Shown: positions 7,263 to 16,885, counted from the stretch's first letter. The stretch is 41,179 bases of DNA from Candidatus Uhrbacteria bacterium CG22_combo_CG10-13_8_21_14_all_47_17 (GCA_002786495.1 PCSZ01000039.1:16163-57341); one strand, 5' to 3'. Translations and numbers: made by a program. Notes: generated by a model not told the origin, from the letters alone.

Positions 7263-9683
7263 TTATTTATAAACTTGTGTGAGTTCGATGCCAGTATAGA
7301 AGTATCTGAGAATACGCTGCCAATCCCAACCATCATTTGCCGCATCAAGTGCGCCGGTAGCGCTCATGCCAACTCCGTGGCCCCAAAGTGTTCTGTTCTT
7401 TGCCGCGTCCCATGGCACGGGCACGGAAACGAGCCAAGGATAATTTGAACCGCCATACCAAACCTCTCCCCAAGAACGCGTCCGACCATCGGAGCGAGAA
7501 AAATACGGCGTAATGGCGAGGGAACCGTTATACGTCACAATATGTCCGCGCGTCTCATCAACGGCCTGAACAATTTTCGGACTGCGCGTTTCGGAACCAT
7601 ATCCGCGATACACCTGGTCATAACGCGCGTCTACATGGAAGACGCCTCCGTGCTTCGTATTATGCGTGTAATGATACATCGCGTAGGTTCGTGCTGCAGT
7701 AAGCAAAGCTTTCTGATATTCGAGCGGGCTCAGATCTGATGTTTCTCCAATACCGTGAAGATACGCTTCCATGGGAAGTTCATTTATAACCCAAACATTT
7801 CCAGTATCAGCGACATAGCGAAGCTCAAGCTGGCGGCGAAAGGTATTATCATTTGCTCCGGGAAGCCAGGAAACCGGTCGGGAAAAATCCGCGAGCTCCA
7901 TCGGCGAAATATCATCATCAGCGTGAAAACGAAAGACGCCCGCAGATTGGCTGGAACAAGGTCCGCCGGAAAGCACATACATGTTGGTTGTGCGATTGAA
8001 GGCCACAGCCGATTCTTGCCCAACAGCCAAGTGACAAACCGAAACTCCATTTAAGATAACGGAAACCGGAGCGTATTTTGCGCGAACGACCATGCGATTA
8101 TCATTTGTTTCAAAAAGTCCTACGCGTATCATTGGCTCATCCGGAAGATTCGCGACTGATGCGGACGAAGGCACTGACGGAGATGTTTCAAACACACCGT
8201 CCGAGGTGACCGTGACGGGAATATCAATCCATCCGCCATCAACGGGCTGGTCATCCGCATAGAGCTGAAAACTTGCCGTGTAATTTCCAACACGCGCAGG
8301 TCCCTTTACATTAAAAGTCACAAAACCGATCTCCCCCATCTTTGTATCGCTCGTTACTTTTACCGGGAGAGAAGCATCGACCCAACTCGGATCACGGAAG
8401 GAAGCAAGGCTCGCCGTTGCACCGGCGACGCCGACTAATTTTACATAAAATTGTTTCCAGGTTTGCGCCCCCTCATTCTTGAAGCCAAGGATCATTTGTT
8501 GGCTTTCATTTCCGGAGACCTGGATACTCTGTGCGGAACGTAAAAGAAGCGTCGCCTTATACCCGCTTGCGGCGGCTAAAGCTTGTTCCGTTGCAGCGGT
8601 TGTTGCGGTGCTCGCGGATGATGGCTGCGTTGCGGCCGCAACTTGAGGAGTTCCCGGAACAACGATCGGGAGAGAGAAGGCTCCATTCGCCATCCAAGCC
8701 GTATCTTCTGCGGCAAGCGTAAACTGTTCATTATAGTTTCCGGGAGCATTCGGAGCGCGTATTTCAATCTTAAAAGAGCCAATTTGCCCAGGTTTTACCT
8801 CTGTTTCGGTTAATTTTACGGCATGCGAGTTACTCATCCATAATGCGGTTCTAAAAGGACTGGCACGCTCGCTGGTCGTACCCGCCGTGGAATACACGGA
8901 AGCGTAGCTCGTTCCGCTATTACGCCAGGTTTCGCTTCCCGTGTTTTTGAAACGCGCTATCACAAAAACGTTTTGGTCAGGATTAAGCTGCCACTGCGTT
9001 CCGCCAAGACTCACGAGCTCCGCACTCCAACGACTATTCGGTTTTGGCTGCGGGATGGAAGAAGCAACCGCAGAACCTGCAGAGGAAGAAGAGGAAGAAA
9101 CAGTAGACGCTGTTTGTACGGAAGTCTGGGCAGCTGTATCTCCGACAACGATATCAAAAGAGAATCTTCCTCCGGACATGCGCGCGATCGATTCCGCGAC
9201 GAGAACATATTCCTCGTGATACACGCCTGGCGTGGACGGAGCTTTAATAGAAAAAGTAAATTGTGTTGTCTCCCCGGGATTCACACGCGAGACAGGAAGC
9301 TTTTCCGCCTGCTCTTTTGTCACCCAATTAGAAGTCGCAAAAGGACTATCGGATTCAATATGCGCCGTCGGATTAAAATGATACACCGAAACATAATAGG
9401 ATCCGGAATTGCTCCAATAGGCGCTTCCAATATTTTTAAATCCAACGGAAACCGTTCCCGTTGCGCCCGGCTTTAATTGTCTGGAAAATGTAAGAGAAGT
9501 TGCGCTCGCCTGAAAGTCGCTTCTCGTTAAAGCAAAAGCTTGTTTTGGTAGCAGGGATACAAAAGAGGCGGCTATCAGTAAAACAGCAAGGGTATTTCGA
9601 AAACGTGACAAAGATAATTTGCCCGCCTTTCTACCAAAAAAGGACGCTATCTGCATAAGTGCTTCACATGAGTATCCTACCAT
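7263..9683 (-). CDS. secreted SpoIID/LytB-domain protein with three N-terminal ~110-aa beta-rich repeats
   Basis: C-terminal SpoIID-like block (EAYLHGIGETS..ARTYAMYH..DQVYRGYG..ITPYFSRSDGRTRSW); signal-like TLAVLLIAASFVSLLPKQAFA; three repeats sharing the pattern FKN.G...W......Y.S.Y; the ATG at 9656 is an alternative start. Confidence 0.85.
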   Translation of the reverse strand: MVGYSCEALMQIASFFGRKAGKLSLSRFRNTLAVLLIAASFVSLLPKQAFALTRSDFQASATSLTFSRQLKPGATGTVSVGFKNIGSAYWSNSGSYYVSVYHFNPTAHIESDSPFATSNWVTKEQAEKLPVSRVNPGETTQFTFSIKAPSTPGVYHEEYVLVAESIARMSGGRFSFDIVVGDTAAQTSVQTASTVSSSSSSAGSAVASSIPQPKPNSRWSAELVSLGGTQWQLNPDQNVFVIARFKNTGSETWRNSGTSYASVYSTAGTTSERASPFRTALWMSNSHAVKLTETEVKPGQIGSFKIEIRAPNAPGNYNEQFTLAAEDTAWMANGAFSLPIVVPGTPQVAAATQPSSASTATTAATEQALAAASGYKATLLLRSAQSIQVSGNESQQMILGFKNEGAQTWKQFYVKLVGVAGATASLASFRDPSWVDASLPVKVTSDTKMGEIGFVTFNVKGPARVGNYTASFQLYADDQPVDGGWIDIPVTVTSDGVFETSPSVPSSASVANLPDEPMIRVGLFETNDNRMVVRAKYAPVSVILNGVSVCHLAVGQESAVAFNRTTNMYVLSGGPCSSQSAGVFRFHADDDISPMELADFSRPVSWLPGANDNTFRRQLELRYVADTGNVWVINELPMEAYLHGIGETSDLSPLEYQKALLTAARTYAMYHYTHNTKHGGVFHVDARYDQVYRGYGSETRSPKIVQAVDETRGHIVTYNGSLAITPYFSRSDGRTRSWGEVWYGGSNYPWLVSVPVPWDAAKNRTLWGHGVGMSATGALDAANDGWDWQRILRYFYTGIELTQVYK

Positions 9684-9799
9684 TCAATAGGCCTACATAG
9701 AAACGACGTATGAGTGGGGAGAAATATTTCACCTAAGCCTAGCGCCAAAAGGACCATTCTTCATTCTGTCACTCTTTTGACAGAATCGGGGCTGTAAAA

Positions 9800-11308
9800 A
9801 TGAACACCTCTTTTGCCCAAAGCGCATTTTCCCACTACAATTCATCCATGTCTCTCACAAGATCGCTCGCATTGAATACGGGTGTTCAAGTTGCCGGGAA
9901 AATCGTATCAACAGCGCTCGGTATTGCTATTATAGGGCTTTTAACCCGACTGCTTGGAACAGAGGGATTTGGAGCTTATTCCACCGCGAATGCCTTTTTA
10001 CAGATTTTCGCTCTTCTCCTCGACTTGGGACTCAATGTCACGCTCGTCGCACTTCTTGGCGAACATGCCGGAGACGAAGCCTATGAACGGCGCTGCACAA
10101 GCGCGCTTTTTACGTTGCGCATTGTCATGGCGCTTCTTGTGCTTGGAATCTTCGCCCCATTCGTGGCATTTCTCTCTCCCTATCCGCTCGAACTTAAACT
10201 GGCAATTATCGCATTAACAGGCTCTTTCTTCTTTCCAAGCTTAAACCAAGTTGTGACAGGCGTAGAACAGCGCCATCTAAAAATGCATGCAGCCGCCATT
10301 GCAGAAAATGTTGGCCGCGTCGTCACGCTCGCTGGACTCTTTATTGCCGTCGCCTTTCACTTCGGGATTGTTCCCATTATGTGGATCATTTCCTTTGCGG
10401 GCTTTGCAAACTTCTTTACCAATTTCCTGAGCGCCAGAAAATTCGCTCACTTCGGATGGAATTGGGATCCGGAATTCTGGCTTGAAGCCCTGAAGCGATC
10501 CTGGCCCGTCGGACTTTCCATTGCATTTGGACTTCTCTATTTTAAAGCCGATACGATCATCATGTCTTTTTCGCGAAGCCAAGCAGAGGTTGGTATTTAC
10601 GGAGCCGCATATCGCGTGCTGGAAATATTAATTACGGTTCCCTTCATGTATGCCGGCGTGCTTCTCCCTATTCTTTCCAATGCCTGGGCAAAAAGAGATC
10701 AAGCTCGTTTCAAAAAACTCTTGTCCGCCTCCATCGACGTAATGGCCGTTCTCGTTATACCGATCATTGTTGGTACGTGGTTGCTCGGCGTGCGCATCAT
10801 GACTATTGTTGCCGGACCGGAATTCGCCGATTCCGGACGCATTCTCTCCGTGCTTATTCTTGCCATCGGCGCCATTTATTTGAATACCGTTTTTTCTCAT
10901 TCCGTTGTTGCCATTGATGCGCAACGCAGTATGTTGCCCTTTTATGCCTTCGTCGCCATCAGCGCCCTAACCGGATATCTGATTCTCATCCCTACATATG
11001 GCATGTGGGCCGCTGCGTGGATCACGGTCGCTTCGGAAGTCATTATAGGGCTAGGATCACTCTATGTAACAAAAAAAGCGCTCCCGATCGGATATAAGCC
11101 AAGGGCGACGCTTGCTGCTATTGCCTCTTCAGCTGTGATGGCACTTACCGTTTGGCCACTTCGAAATATGTGGATTGTTCTTCCCATTTTCGTTGGCGCA
11201 CTCACGTATACAATCATGATTGTCAGCTTAGGCGGTATCCCTATGGAGATCATTCGAGAAGTTCTCAAAAAGAAAAAAGACACCACTCCTTTTTCCCCGC
11301 TCACATGA
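9800..11308 (+). CDS. MOP-superfamily polysaccharide/lipid-linked oligosaccharide flippase (Wzx/MurJ-like)
   Basis: 502 aa, ~12-14 hydrophobic helices; N-terminus LALNTGVQVAGKIVSTALGIAIIGLLTRLLGTEGFGAYS typical of the polysaccharide biosynthesis protein family; alternative start 9848. Confidence 0.8.
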   Translation: MNTSFAQSAFSHYNSSMSLTRSLALNTGVQVAGKIVSTALGIAIIGLLTRLLGTEGFGAYSTANAFLQIFALLLDLGLNVTLVALLGEHAGDEAYERRCTSALFTLRIVMALLVLGIFAPFVAFLSPYPLELKLAIIALTGSFFFPSLNQVVTGVEQRHLKMHAAAIAENVGRVVTLAGLFIAVAFHFGIVPIMWIISFAGFANFFTNFLSARKFAHFGWNWDPEFWLEALKRSWPVGLSIAFGLLYFKADTIIMSFSRSQAEVGIYGAAYRVLEILITVPFMYAGVLLPILSNAWAKRDQARFKKLLSASIDVMAVLVIPIIVGTWLLGVRIMTIVAGPEFADSGRILSVLILAIGAIYLNTVFSHSVVAIDAQRSMLPFYAFVAISALTGYLILIPTYGMWAAAWITVASEVIIGLGSLYVTKKALPIGYKPRATLAAIASSAVMALTVWPLRNMWIVLPIFVGALTYTIMIVSLGGIPMEIIREVLKKKKDTTPFSPLT

Positions 11309-12111
11309 TCATAAAAAAACTTTCCTTTGTTCTTATTGCCTCTCTCTGTCTCGTTGGGACTGGTTGTTCTCCTGAAAAGAAATTGGAAACTGCAGCAAGC
11401 ATTCCTTCGACCTCTGTAGAAACAAGCGCCCAAAATCCCAAGGTGGAATCTGTAGCGGATGGATTGGAAAAAATAACATTTCAATTTGGGGCATCCACGC
11501 AAGAGCATTTACTGCTCTATAAAATTGATCCGACGCAATATGACTTTTCAATCGAACACACAAGTTCCGCGAGAAGTATTGCGGACTGGCAACTTAGTTT
11601 AGGCATACCAACGCTTGTGGTAAACGGCGCATACTTTCATGAGGATTATTCCCCTTCCGGAATGCTGATTGTAAATGGAGAGCGCGTCGGTTCACGTGCA
11701 TTTGATCTTGATAAGTCCGCACTACTCGAACTCTCACCGCTCCCGCAAATTATTGATACGCAAACGGAAGTCCTTCCCGCTCAAACAGAACATGCGCTAC
11801 AAAGCTACCCCTTGCTTGTACAGAATGGAATGAATGCCATACAAAGCGACAGCGGACTTGTCGCGAGAAGAAGCTTCTTCGGATTTGATGCAGACGGATT
11901 TGCCTATATTGGAATCTTGCCGGATGCTGAGCTCAGTCTCTTTGAGCTTGGCCACGTTCTCGAAAGCATGAATATCAAATGGAAAAAGGTTCTCAATCTC
12001 GACGGCGGACCTTCAAGCGGACTTGCCGTTGCAAACGGAGATATTGAAAACAGTATTTTTCCGGTTCCGAATGTTATTGTCGTAAAAGAGAAAGTATCAA
12101 AAAAGCCTTAA
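11305..12111 (+). CDS. phosphodiester glycosidase (DUF2233/NAGPA-like) lipoprotein
   Basis: The ATG at 11305 overlaps the flippase TGA (ATGA coupling); lipobox LVGTGC; LVVNGAYFHEDYSPSGMLIVNGERVG and LNLDGGPSSGL motifs. Confidence 0.78.
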   Translation: MIIKKLSFVLIASLCLVGTGCSPEKKLETAASIPSTSVETSAQNPKVESVADGLEKITFQFGASTQEHLLLYKIDPTQYDFSIEHTSSARSIADWQLSLGIPTLVVNGAYFHEDYSPSGMLIVNGERVGSRAFDLDKSALLELSPLPQIIDTQTEVLPAQTEHALQSYPLLVQNGMNAIQSDSGLVARRSFFGFDADGFAYIGILPDAELSLFELGHVLESMNIKWKKVLNLDGGPSSGLAVANGDIENSIFPVPNVIVVKEKVSKKP

Positions 12112-12142
12112 AAACAAGGCTTTTTAGCTTCACAAAAAAAAT

Positions 12143-12175
12143 AAAAACCCCGACATAACATCGGGGTTTTTATTT
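12143..12175. terminator. bidirectional rho-independent terminator
   Basis: AAAAACCCCGA-CATAACA-TCGGGGTTTTT. Confidence 0.75.
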
Positions 12176-12184
12176 TGTGCAACT

Positions 12185-12379
12185 CTAACGCTTTACCCAG
12201 GCAAGAATCATGAGCGCAACGGCAACCAAGTTAAGAACAGCATGCGCCATCATCTGCGAAGCAGGTAGTCCCACCAAAAGCATATACACATGTGTTGCAA
12301 GAACGACTACGGCACCGATCCAAAAAGACCACATCGACAAAGAACTTGCTTTGTTCATAAAAAGAAAATGAGTGGCCAT
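12185..12379 (-). CDS. small two-TM membrane protein (64 aa), unknown function
   Basis: GGGAGG 8 nt upstream of the ATG; two hydrophobic helices. Confidence 0.55.
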   Translation of the reverse strand: MATHFLFMNKASSLSMWSFWIGAVVVLATHVYMLLVGLPASQMMAHAVLNLVAVALMILAWVKR

Positions 12380-12433
12380 AAGGCTAGCCTCCCTTTAAGG
12401 ATACAGGGAAAAACAGAGACGGAACATGCGCGC

Positions 12434-13078
12434 TCAAGCTAACAAACTTTCAATCAAATATCGAAATCGCGCACTGCGAATAGCGGCCATGTGCAAGTTA
12501 ATTGGTTTCACAAGAGGAAAAAATCGTTCTTCAATAAGCGTATGACGCATTCCCGTTAGCCCCGCTCTTGGTCCATTCAGTATCCATGAAAACAACAGAT
12601 TCGGATCCCACGGACAATAGGTATTCACAATTTTCAATGCTCCTGATTGAATGCGCTTCGCCACCGTCTCAGGAATAAAAACTTCCGAAGCGAAAATATC
12701 CGCTTGATTGAATACAATGAGGCGCACAGAGTCCGGTAAAGTTTCCTTTTGGAGAAATTGGAAGAATAAAAAAGCTCCTAAGGAATGACAGATAATAACT
12801 TCCGGCGATTCCTGTTCCAAGAAGCGATGAAGCGCGTGATGCGTTTCTGCACGCTGTGCAATCGCACGCTCGCGGTCATACACTCCAAGTGTATAAAAAG
12901 GATTCAGCGACTGCAGAAAAGAAGCCTCCTCTTTAATATCCCATCGAAATGCTTTTACTCCCCCATTCTCAATATCCGAATGAAACGCAGAAAAGCCAGC
13001 ATCGATCCCCTGTGCCGGACGAAAAACGGAAAAGTGAATACCCGTTGCGAATCCATGAACGAGAACAATGCGAGACAT
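12434..13078 (-). CDS. alpha/beta-fold hydrolase (214 aa)
   Basis: IVLVHGF N-terminus and nucleophile elbow ICHSLGAF (GxSxG-type). Confidence 0.72.
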   Translation of the reverse strand: MSRIVLVHGFATGIHFSVFRPAQGIDAGFSAFHSDIENGGVKAFRWDIKEEASFLQSLNPFYTLGVYDRERAIAQRAETHHALHRFLEQESPEVIICHSLGAFLFFQFLQKETLPDSVRLIVFNQADIFASEVFIPETVAKRIQSGALKIVNTYCPWDPNLLFSWILNGPRAGLTGMRHTLIEERFFPLVKPINLHMAAIRSARFRYLIESLLA

Positions 13079-13127
13079 GATGGTGTGTTAGTACAGTAAA
13101 TACTAAGAAATGTCCATTTAAAATAGC

Positions 13128-14246
13128 CTAATGACTAAGAGACGATCTAAAGAATTCGGGATATGCTTTTTGAAGCTCGCTAATCCCAATGACTTGGCCA
13201 TAAACTTCAGATTCGCAGGCTATCGCTGTAGGAATACCCAGAAAACAGTCATTCGAAGTGTCCATTGTCGCCCCCCCCAGAGTTTCCATGATCGATCTTC
13301 GCAGATATGACACATGACCCGTTGTTACCGTTTATGCCGCTTATAAGACTATCCGTAACCATAAGATTTTCTTCTGCTATTCTAAATGAAAATCCATGCA
13401 CACGTAAACTATCTCCTATGTGCGCCTGCTCTGGCTGGCATACTTTGTACGGAAGTCCCGAAAAGAGCTCTTCACCCGTTTTTATTAATCTAAAAACCCA
13501 AATATCTTTTTATGGGTCTTCCAGCAAAGAGGGACCGATAAGATAGACACTGTCCGTATTAACCATGCCTCGGTTATCTGCCGTCACAGCACCGCAAGCA
13601 CCGCCCGCTGGAGCCCTTACATGATAATTGCTTCAAACGATTCCACTCGAGCGAATTACAGTGCCCAAACCGGTGGAAAGCGGCTCAGAATAAGTATCAT
13701 CAGCAGAACAAATATTTTCAATAACGGATGGGATTATATTAGACTGGTCAGTGGTAACAACGGGCTAATATTTTTTGATAACCTCAACAGTCTCGCTTGA
13801 TAGAAAAAGGCCAGAATCAATTTGGAAAAATCCGTCCCCATTATCTACTAAAGAATACCTTAGAGTATATCTCTGTCTACGTAGACCAATTTTATCATTT
13901 TCAGTAGCGATAAATTCAACAGCGCAGGATTCATCGGTGCAAGATACGGACTCGATGTTGTAGTTAAGAATATTCCTATAACCAGCCTCCCATTCATCGT
14001 ATGGATGATGTGCTTGGAATGTAGTTGCTAAAAGGCTATAAGCTCTTTGCTAATCCTGATCATTCAAATAGCTGAAAAAGGCCTTCATTGTTTCTTCTAT
14101 TGCATTCACATTTATCCCCTTATTATGAAATGAAATACTCTCTGAAGGCGTCGTCTACTGGGGCTCTTGAGCCACGTCCGCATCCGAAGATAGACAACCC
14201 GCACCAAGGAGAGCTGGGGCCACCAAAAAAAAGAAAGGTTTTTCAT
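13128..14246 (-). pseudogene. decayed lipoprotein with C-terminal trypsin/HtrA-like serine protease domain
   Basis: Conceptual minus-strand translation: MKNLSFF(fs)LVAPALLGAGC lipobox ... GIV*SNYHV (His box) ... DIWVFRL (Asp box) ... GNSGG(fs)ATMD..GQVIGI (Ser box). Five in-frame stops at 14155-14157, 14050-14052, 13765-13767, 13633-13635 and 13510-13512; two frameshifts at the A8 (14225-14232) and C8 (13271-13278) runs. Confidence 0.7.
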
Positions 14247-14329
14247 AATTTTATTCATGCATAACGTACACAAATGAAGCGCTATGCACAAAACACCTTT
14301 TTATGATTATATGATTTTCCCCAAACACG

Positions 14330-14628
14330 AAACCTTAGTATTCCTGCTAAGGTTTTCTAGTCCGATAAGGTGCTATTCCTACATCCGCCCGCATCACAGA
14401 CCTCATTGCAAATATTATTAGCATCGCACGAATAGCCGCAATCAAAATCGATCAAGCTTTTCTTTTTTCGCTATTGTTGAACCGGTCTACAGACACTCGC
14501 CTCTTGATCCATAGTTTGCGCTTTGTGCCGCGTAACCATCTTTATAGAGTGTCAGAGTCCACTATGTACAGCTAGCACCAAAAAGCGCAAAACCAATGAG
14601 AGTGAGCGAGATTTTTTTATTCTGTACA
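14330..14628 (-). pseudogene. possible second decayed lipoprotein gene remnant
   Basis: The ATG at 14626-14628 is followed by a T7/A7 run. A +1 shift gives ISLTLIGFALFGASC (lipobox), then in-frame TAG, TAG and TGA; weak. Confidence 0.3.
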
Positions 14629-14771
14629 TAGGAATAAAAATTACAGATACCGATCTAGTAATGCTGACGAGACGCCTCATAAGATAACCGCCGTTAATCA
14701 TCAACTATAATATCAGATTGTTAAGCTCTAAAAAGCAAAATAGTTGGAATTGAAATGCACGGATATCATAA

Positions 14772-14800
14772 CGCCCCCACAGGAGAACCCTGTGGGGGCG
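14772..14800 (-). terminator. hairpin terminator after the LbH gene
   Basis: CGCCCCCACA-N9-TGTGGGGGCG perfect 10-bp GC-rich stem, 8 nt after the stop. Confidence 0.6.
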
Positions 14801-14808
14801 TTTGCTCT

Positions 14809-15726
14809 TCATGAGCAGTTGGGAAGCGTCGTGGGGTATTGGAGTCCAGCTACGCTGCCCTTGAAGTGGTTCGGAGTGTAGATGCCGGAAGAAACGGTCA
14901 CCCCCCTCGGCACATTGCAGCCGGGAAGAAGCACTGTCCCAGGCTCAATCACTGAACCCGCGCCAATGCGACATCTGTCGCCAATGATCGCCCCAATCTT
15001 CCGACGAGGCAGCTTGATCTCTGCGAGCTTCGCATCGCGATAGTCCCGAATGACGACCCCGTCGCCATTAAAGCCCGTGCGATGCAAGACATGCACACCC
15101 GGCTCGATGAAGACATTATGCCCGACGATCGAGTCGGAGAGCACAACATTTTCTTCGATCTGGGTACCGGCGCAGATAACGGCTCGCTTCACGACAGAAT
15201 TCGTGTTGACGAAGGTCTTGTCGCCGATAAGTGCCGGCCCGACGATCTTCGCGCCAAAGCGAATGGTCACCCGCTCCCCGAACCAAAGCGGCGACCGAAG
15301 CACCGAATGCGAATCAAGGTTCACGAGATAGCCCCCGAAGAAGTTCCGAGAGCCGATCGTGTGAATGGTTGGATGGACCGCGGCGAACGACGCGCGCTTC
15401 TCCCGAAATTCGGCCTCGTTGCGGATGGCATACAGTCCATGTTCACTGGGCTTGTACTCCCGAAGACATATGCTGGCGGATGAGCCCTTCTTCGGCTGAT
15501 ACCGCATAGGTGGCATGCGGCCCCTAAGGTCATCGTCACCGAGCTCCTTCGCGTGCCCAAGGTAAAGCCTCTTGGCCTCCTCACGGTCCACCTCGCCGTC
15601 TCCTCCCACGGGATACCAGTGATCGAAGGGATCCACGAGGTTCCCGAGGAATACCTCAATCACCTCCCCCATGTCTGAGATAAGCTCTTCCATCCTAAGC
15701 CCCAAAGCTGAACTACCCTTTTTCAT
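14809..15726 (-). CDS. left-handed beta-helix (hexapeptide-repeat) protein, putative acyl/nucleotidyl-transferase-related
   Basis: AGGAGG 5 nt upstream of the ATG at 15726; C-terminal hexapeptide-type repeats (IGDKTFVNTNSVV..ICAGTQIEENVVLSDSIVGHNVFIEPGVHV..IGDRCRIGAGSVIEPGTVLLPGCNV); the N-terminal ~150 aa are unassigned; GC-rich. Confidence 0.72.
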   Translation of the reverse strand: MKKGSSALGLRMEELISDMGEVIEVFLGNLVDPFDHWYPVGGDGEVDREEAKRLYLGHAKELGDDDLRGRMPPMRYQPKKGSSASICLREYKPSEHGLYAIRNEAEFREKRASFAAVHPTIHTIGSRNFFGGYLVNLDSHSVLRSPLWFGERVTIRFGAKIVGPALIGDKTFVNTNSVVKRAVICAGTQIEENVVLSDSIVGHNVFIEPGVHVLHRTGFNGDGVVIRDYRDAKLAEIKLPRRKIGAIIGDRCRIGAGSVIEPGTVLLPGCNVPRGVTVSSGIYTPNHFKGSVAGLQYPTTLPNCS

Positions 15727-15843
15727 GCTTCCTCCTAACGTTGACTGAAAGCATAAGCAGTGAAGCAAAATTACGCGAAATTTACAAGTAAATGAAAAGA
15801 CGGCTCATAATGAGCCGTCTTACCCAACAGAACGTCAGGTGTT

Positions 15844-16520
15844 TCAAGTGCAAAGAAGGGGAGCCTGCGCGAGTTTGTCAGGATCATGCCGAGACAGCCT
15901 GCGCTCCAGCTTGTCCGCCAGTGACGTAATCGCCACCCCTTCGGAGAGAAGTGGCGTGCGGATAGGCCGGTAAGACGTGCCATCAAGATCATCCACCACA
16001 AGCGGTGTCCTAGAGATCTCTACGTACTCATGGATCAGTTCGTCCGTTGGAGCCTCATTATTCATGATAACCGCATTGATTCGACCTTGACCGAGTTCCT
16101 CCTCGATCGCCTTACAGAAACAACTCGCCGGATAGCCTTCGGTCTCGCCTGTCTTGGTCGTAAGATTCATAACGAACGCGCATTTGCCATTTGCGCCACG
16201 GATCGCTTCCGATACCCCATCAACGAGGAGCGCTGGAATGATGCTTGTGTAGAGATCACTGGGGGCCCAGCACGATGAGATCAGCTTCACGGATTTCCGT
16301 AAGAGCCTCTGGATCCACCGGCACGGCCGGCTTAAGCCAGTATGTGCGGATCGGCGCCCGCGGACCACTCGGAACATCCGATGATATGCTCGCCCTCGGT
16401 GAGGGTTCCATCCTCCAACCTAGCGTAGAGATGCGCCGACACAGCAGACACCGGAATTACCCGGCCTTTCACGCGAAAAATCTCATGTGCTGCATCAATC
16501 CCCTGGATAGGGTCATTTAC
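15844..16520 (-). pseudogene. 5'-truncated, frameshifted CofD/YvcK-family (UPF0052, 2-phospho-L-lactate transferase-like) gene
   Basis: Three minus-strand frames together read ..IFRVKGRVIPVS..LEDGTLTEGEHI | IRTYWLKPAVPVDPEALTEIREADLIVLGP | SDLYTSIIPALLVDGVSEAIR..FVMNLTTKTGETEGY.. (compare YvcK GPGSLYTSxxPNLLV). Frame breaks near 16377-16385 and at the G5/C3 run 16261-16268; the N-terminal GGGTG region is absent. Confidence 0.7.
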
Positions 16521-16678
16521 AAAGACCTGTTACAGGCCGAGCAGAAGACGATAATATTCAGTTTCTTATCTACTGGCACGTCCTTTGTTAAAGGGAGCAG
16601 GTTGTTATTTAATAAGAAAAGACCCGCTTTATCTAACCCCAAGTAACACAAAAGCCCAGCAAAATGCTGAGCTTTTCT

Positions 16679-16799
<121 letters not shown>

Positions 16800-16885
16800 T
16801 TTGCACCGCAGAATAGGTATCTGCGGAGAAAAGGCCGATGTATTTTCAAAAGAAAGCTTATGGGGCTTTCCCTTGAAAATAATCG

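Noticed and set aside
9763-9786. 9-bp-arm palindrome ATTCTGTCA-N6-TGACAGAAT upstream of the flippase gene, containing a TTGACA
   Set aside because: The arms are short and there is no properly spaced -10. It could be an operator or a chance dyad, and nothing else in the window repeats it.
11062-11508. 148-aa minus-strand ORF spanning the flippase/glycosidase junction; also 34592-35176 antisense to the methyltransferase
   Set aside because: Both are antisense to well-supported genes, have odd composition and lack translation signals.
13128-14628. Repeated in-frame TAG codons, as possible stop-codon reassignment or pyrrolysine-type recoding
   Set aside because: TAG cleanly terminates trmD (906-908) and rpsF (29907-29909). 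The same reading frame is also interrupted by TGA and TAA and needs two frameshifts. Pseudogenisation explains everything.
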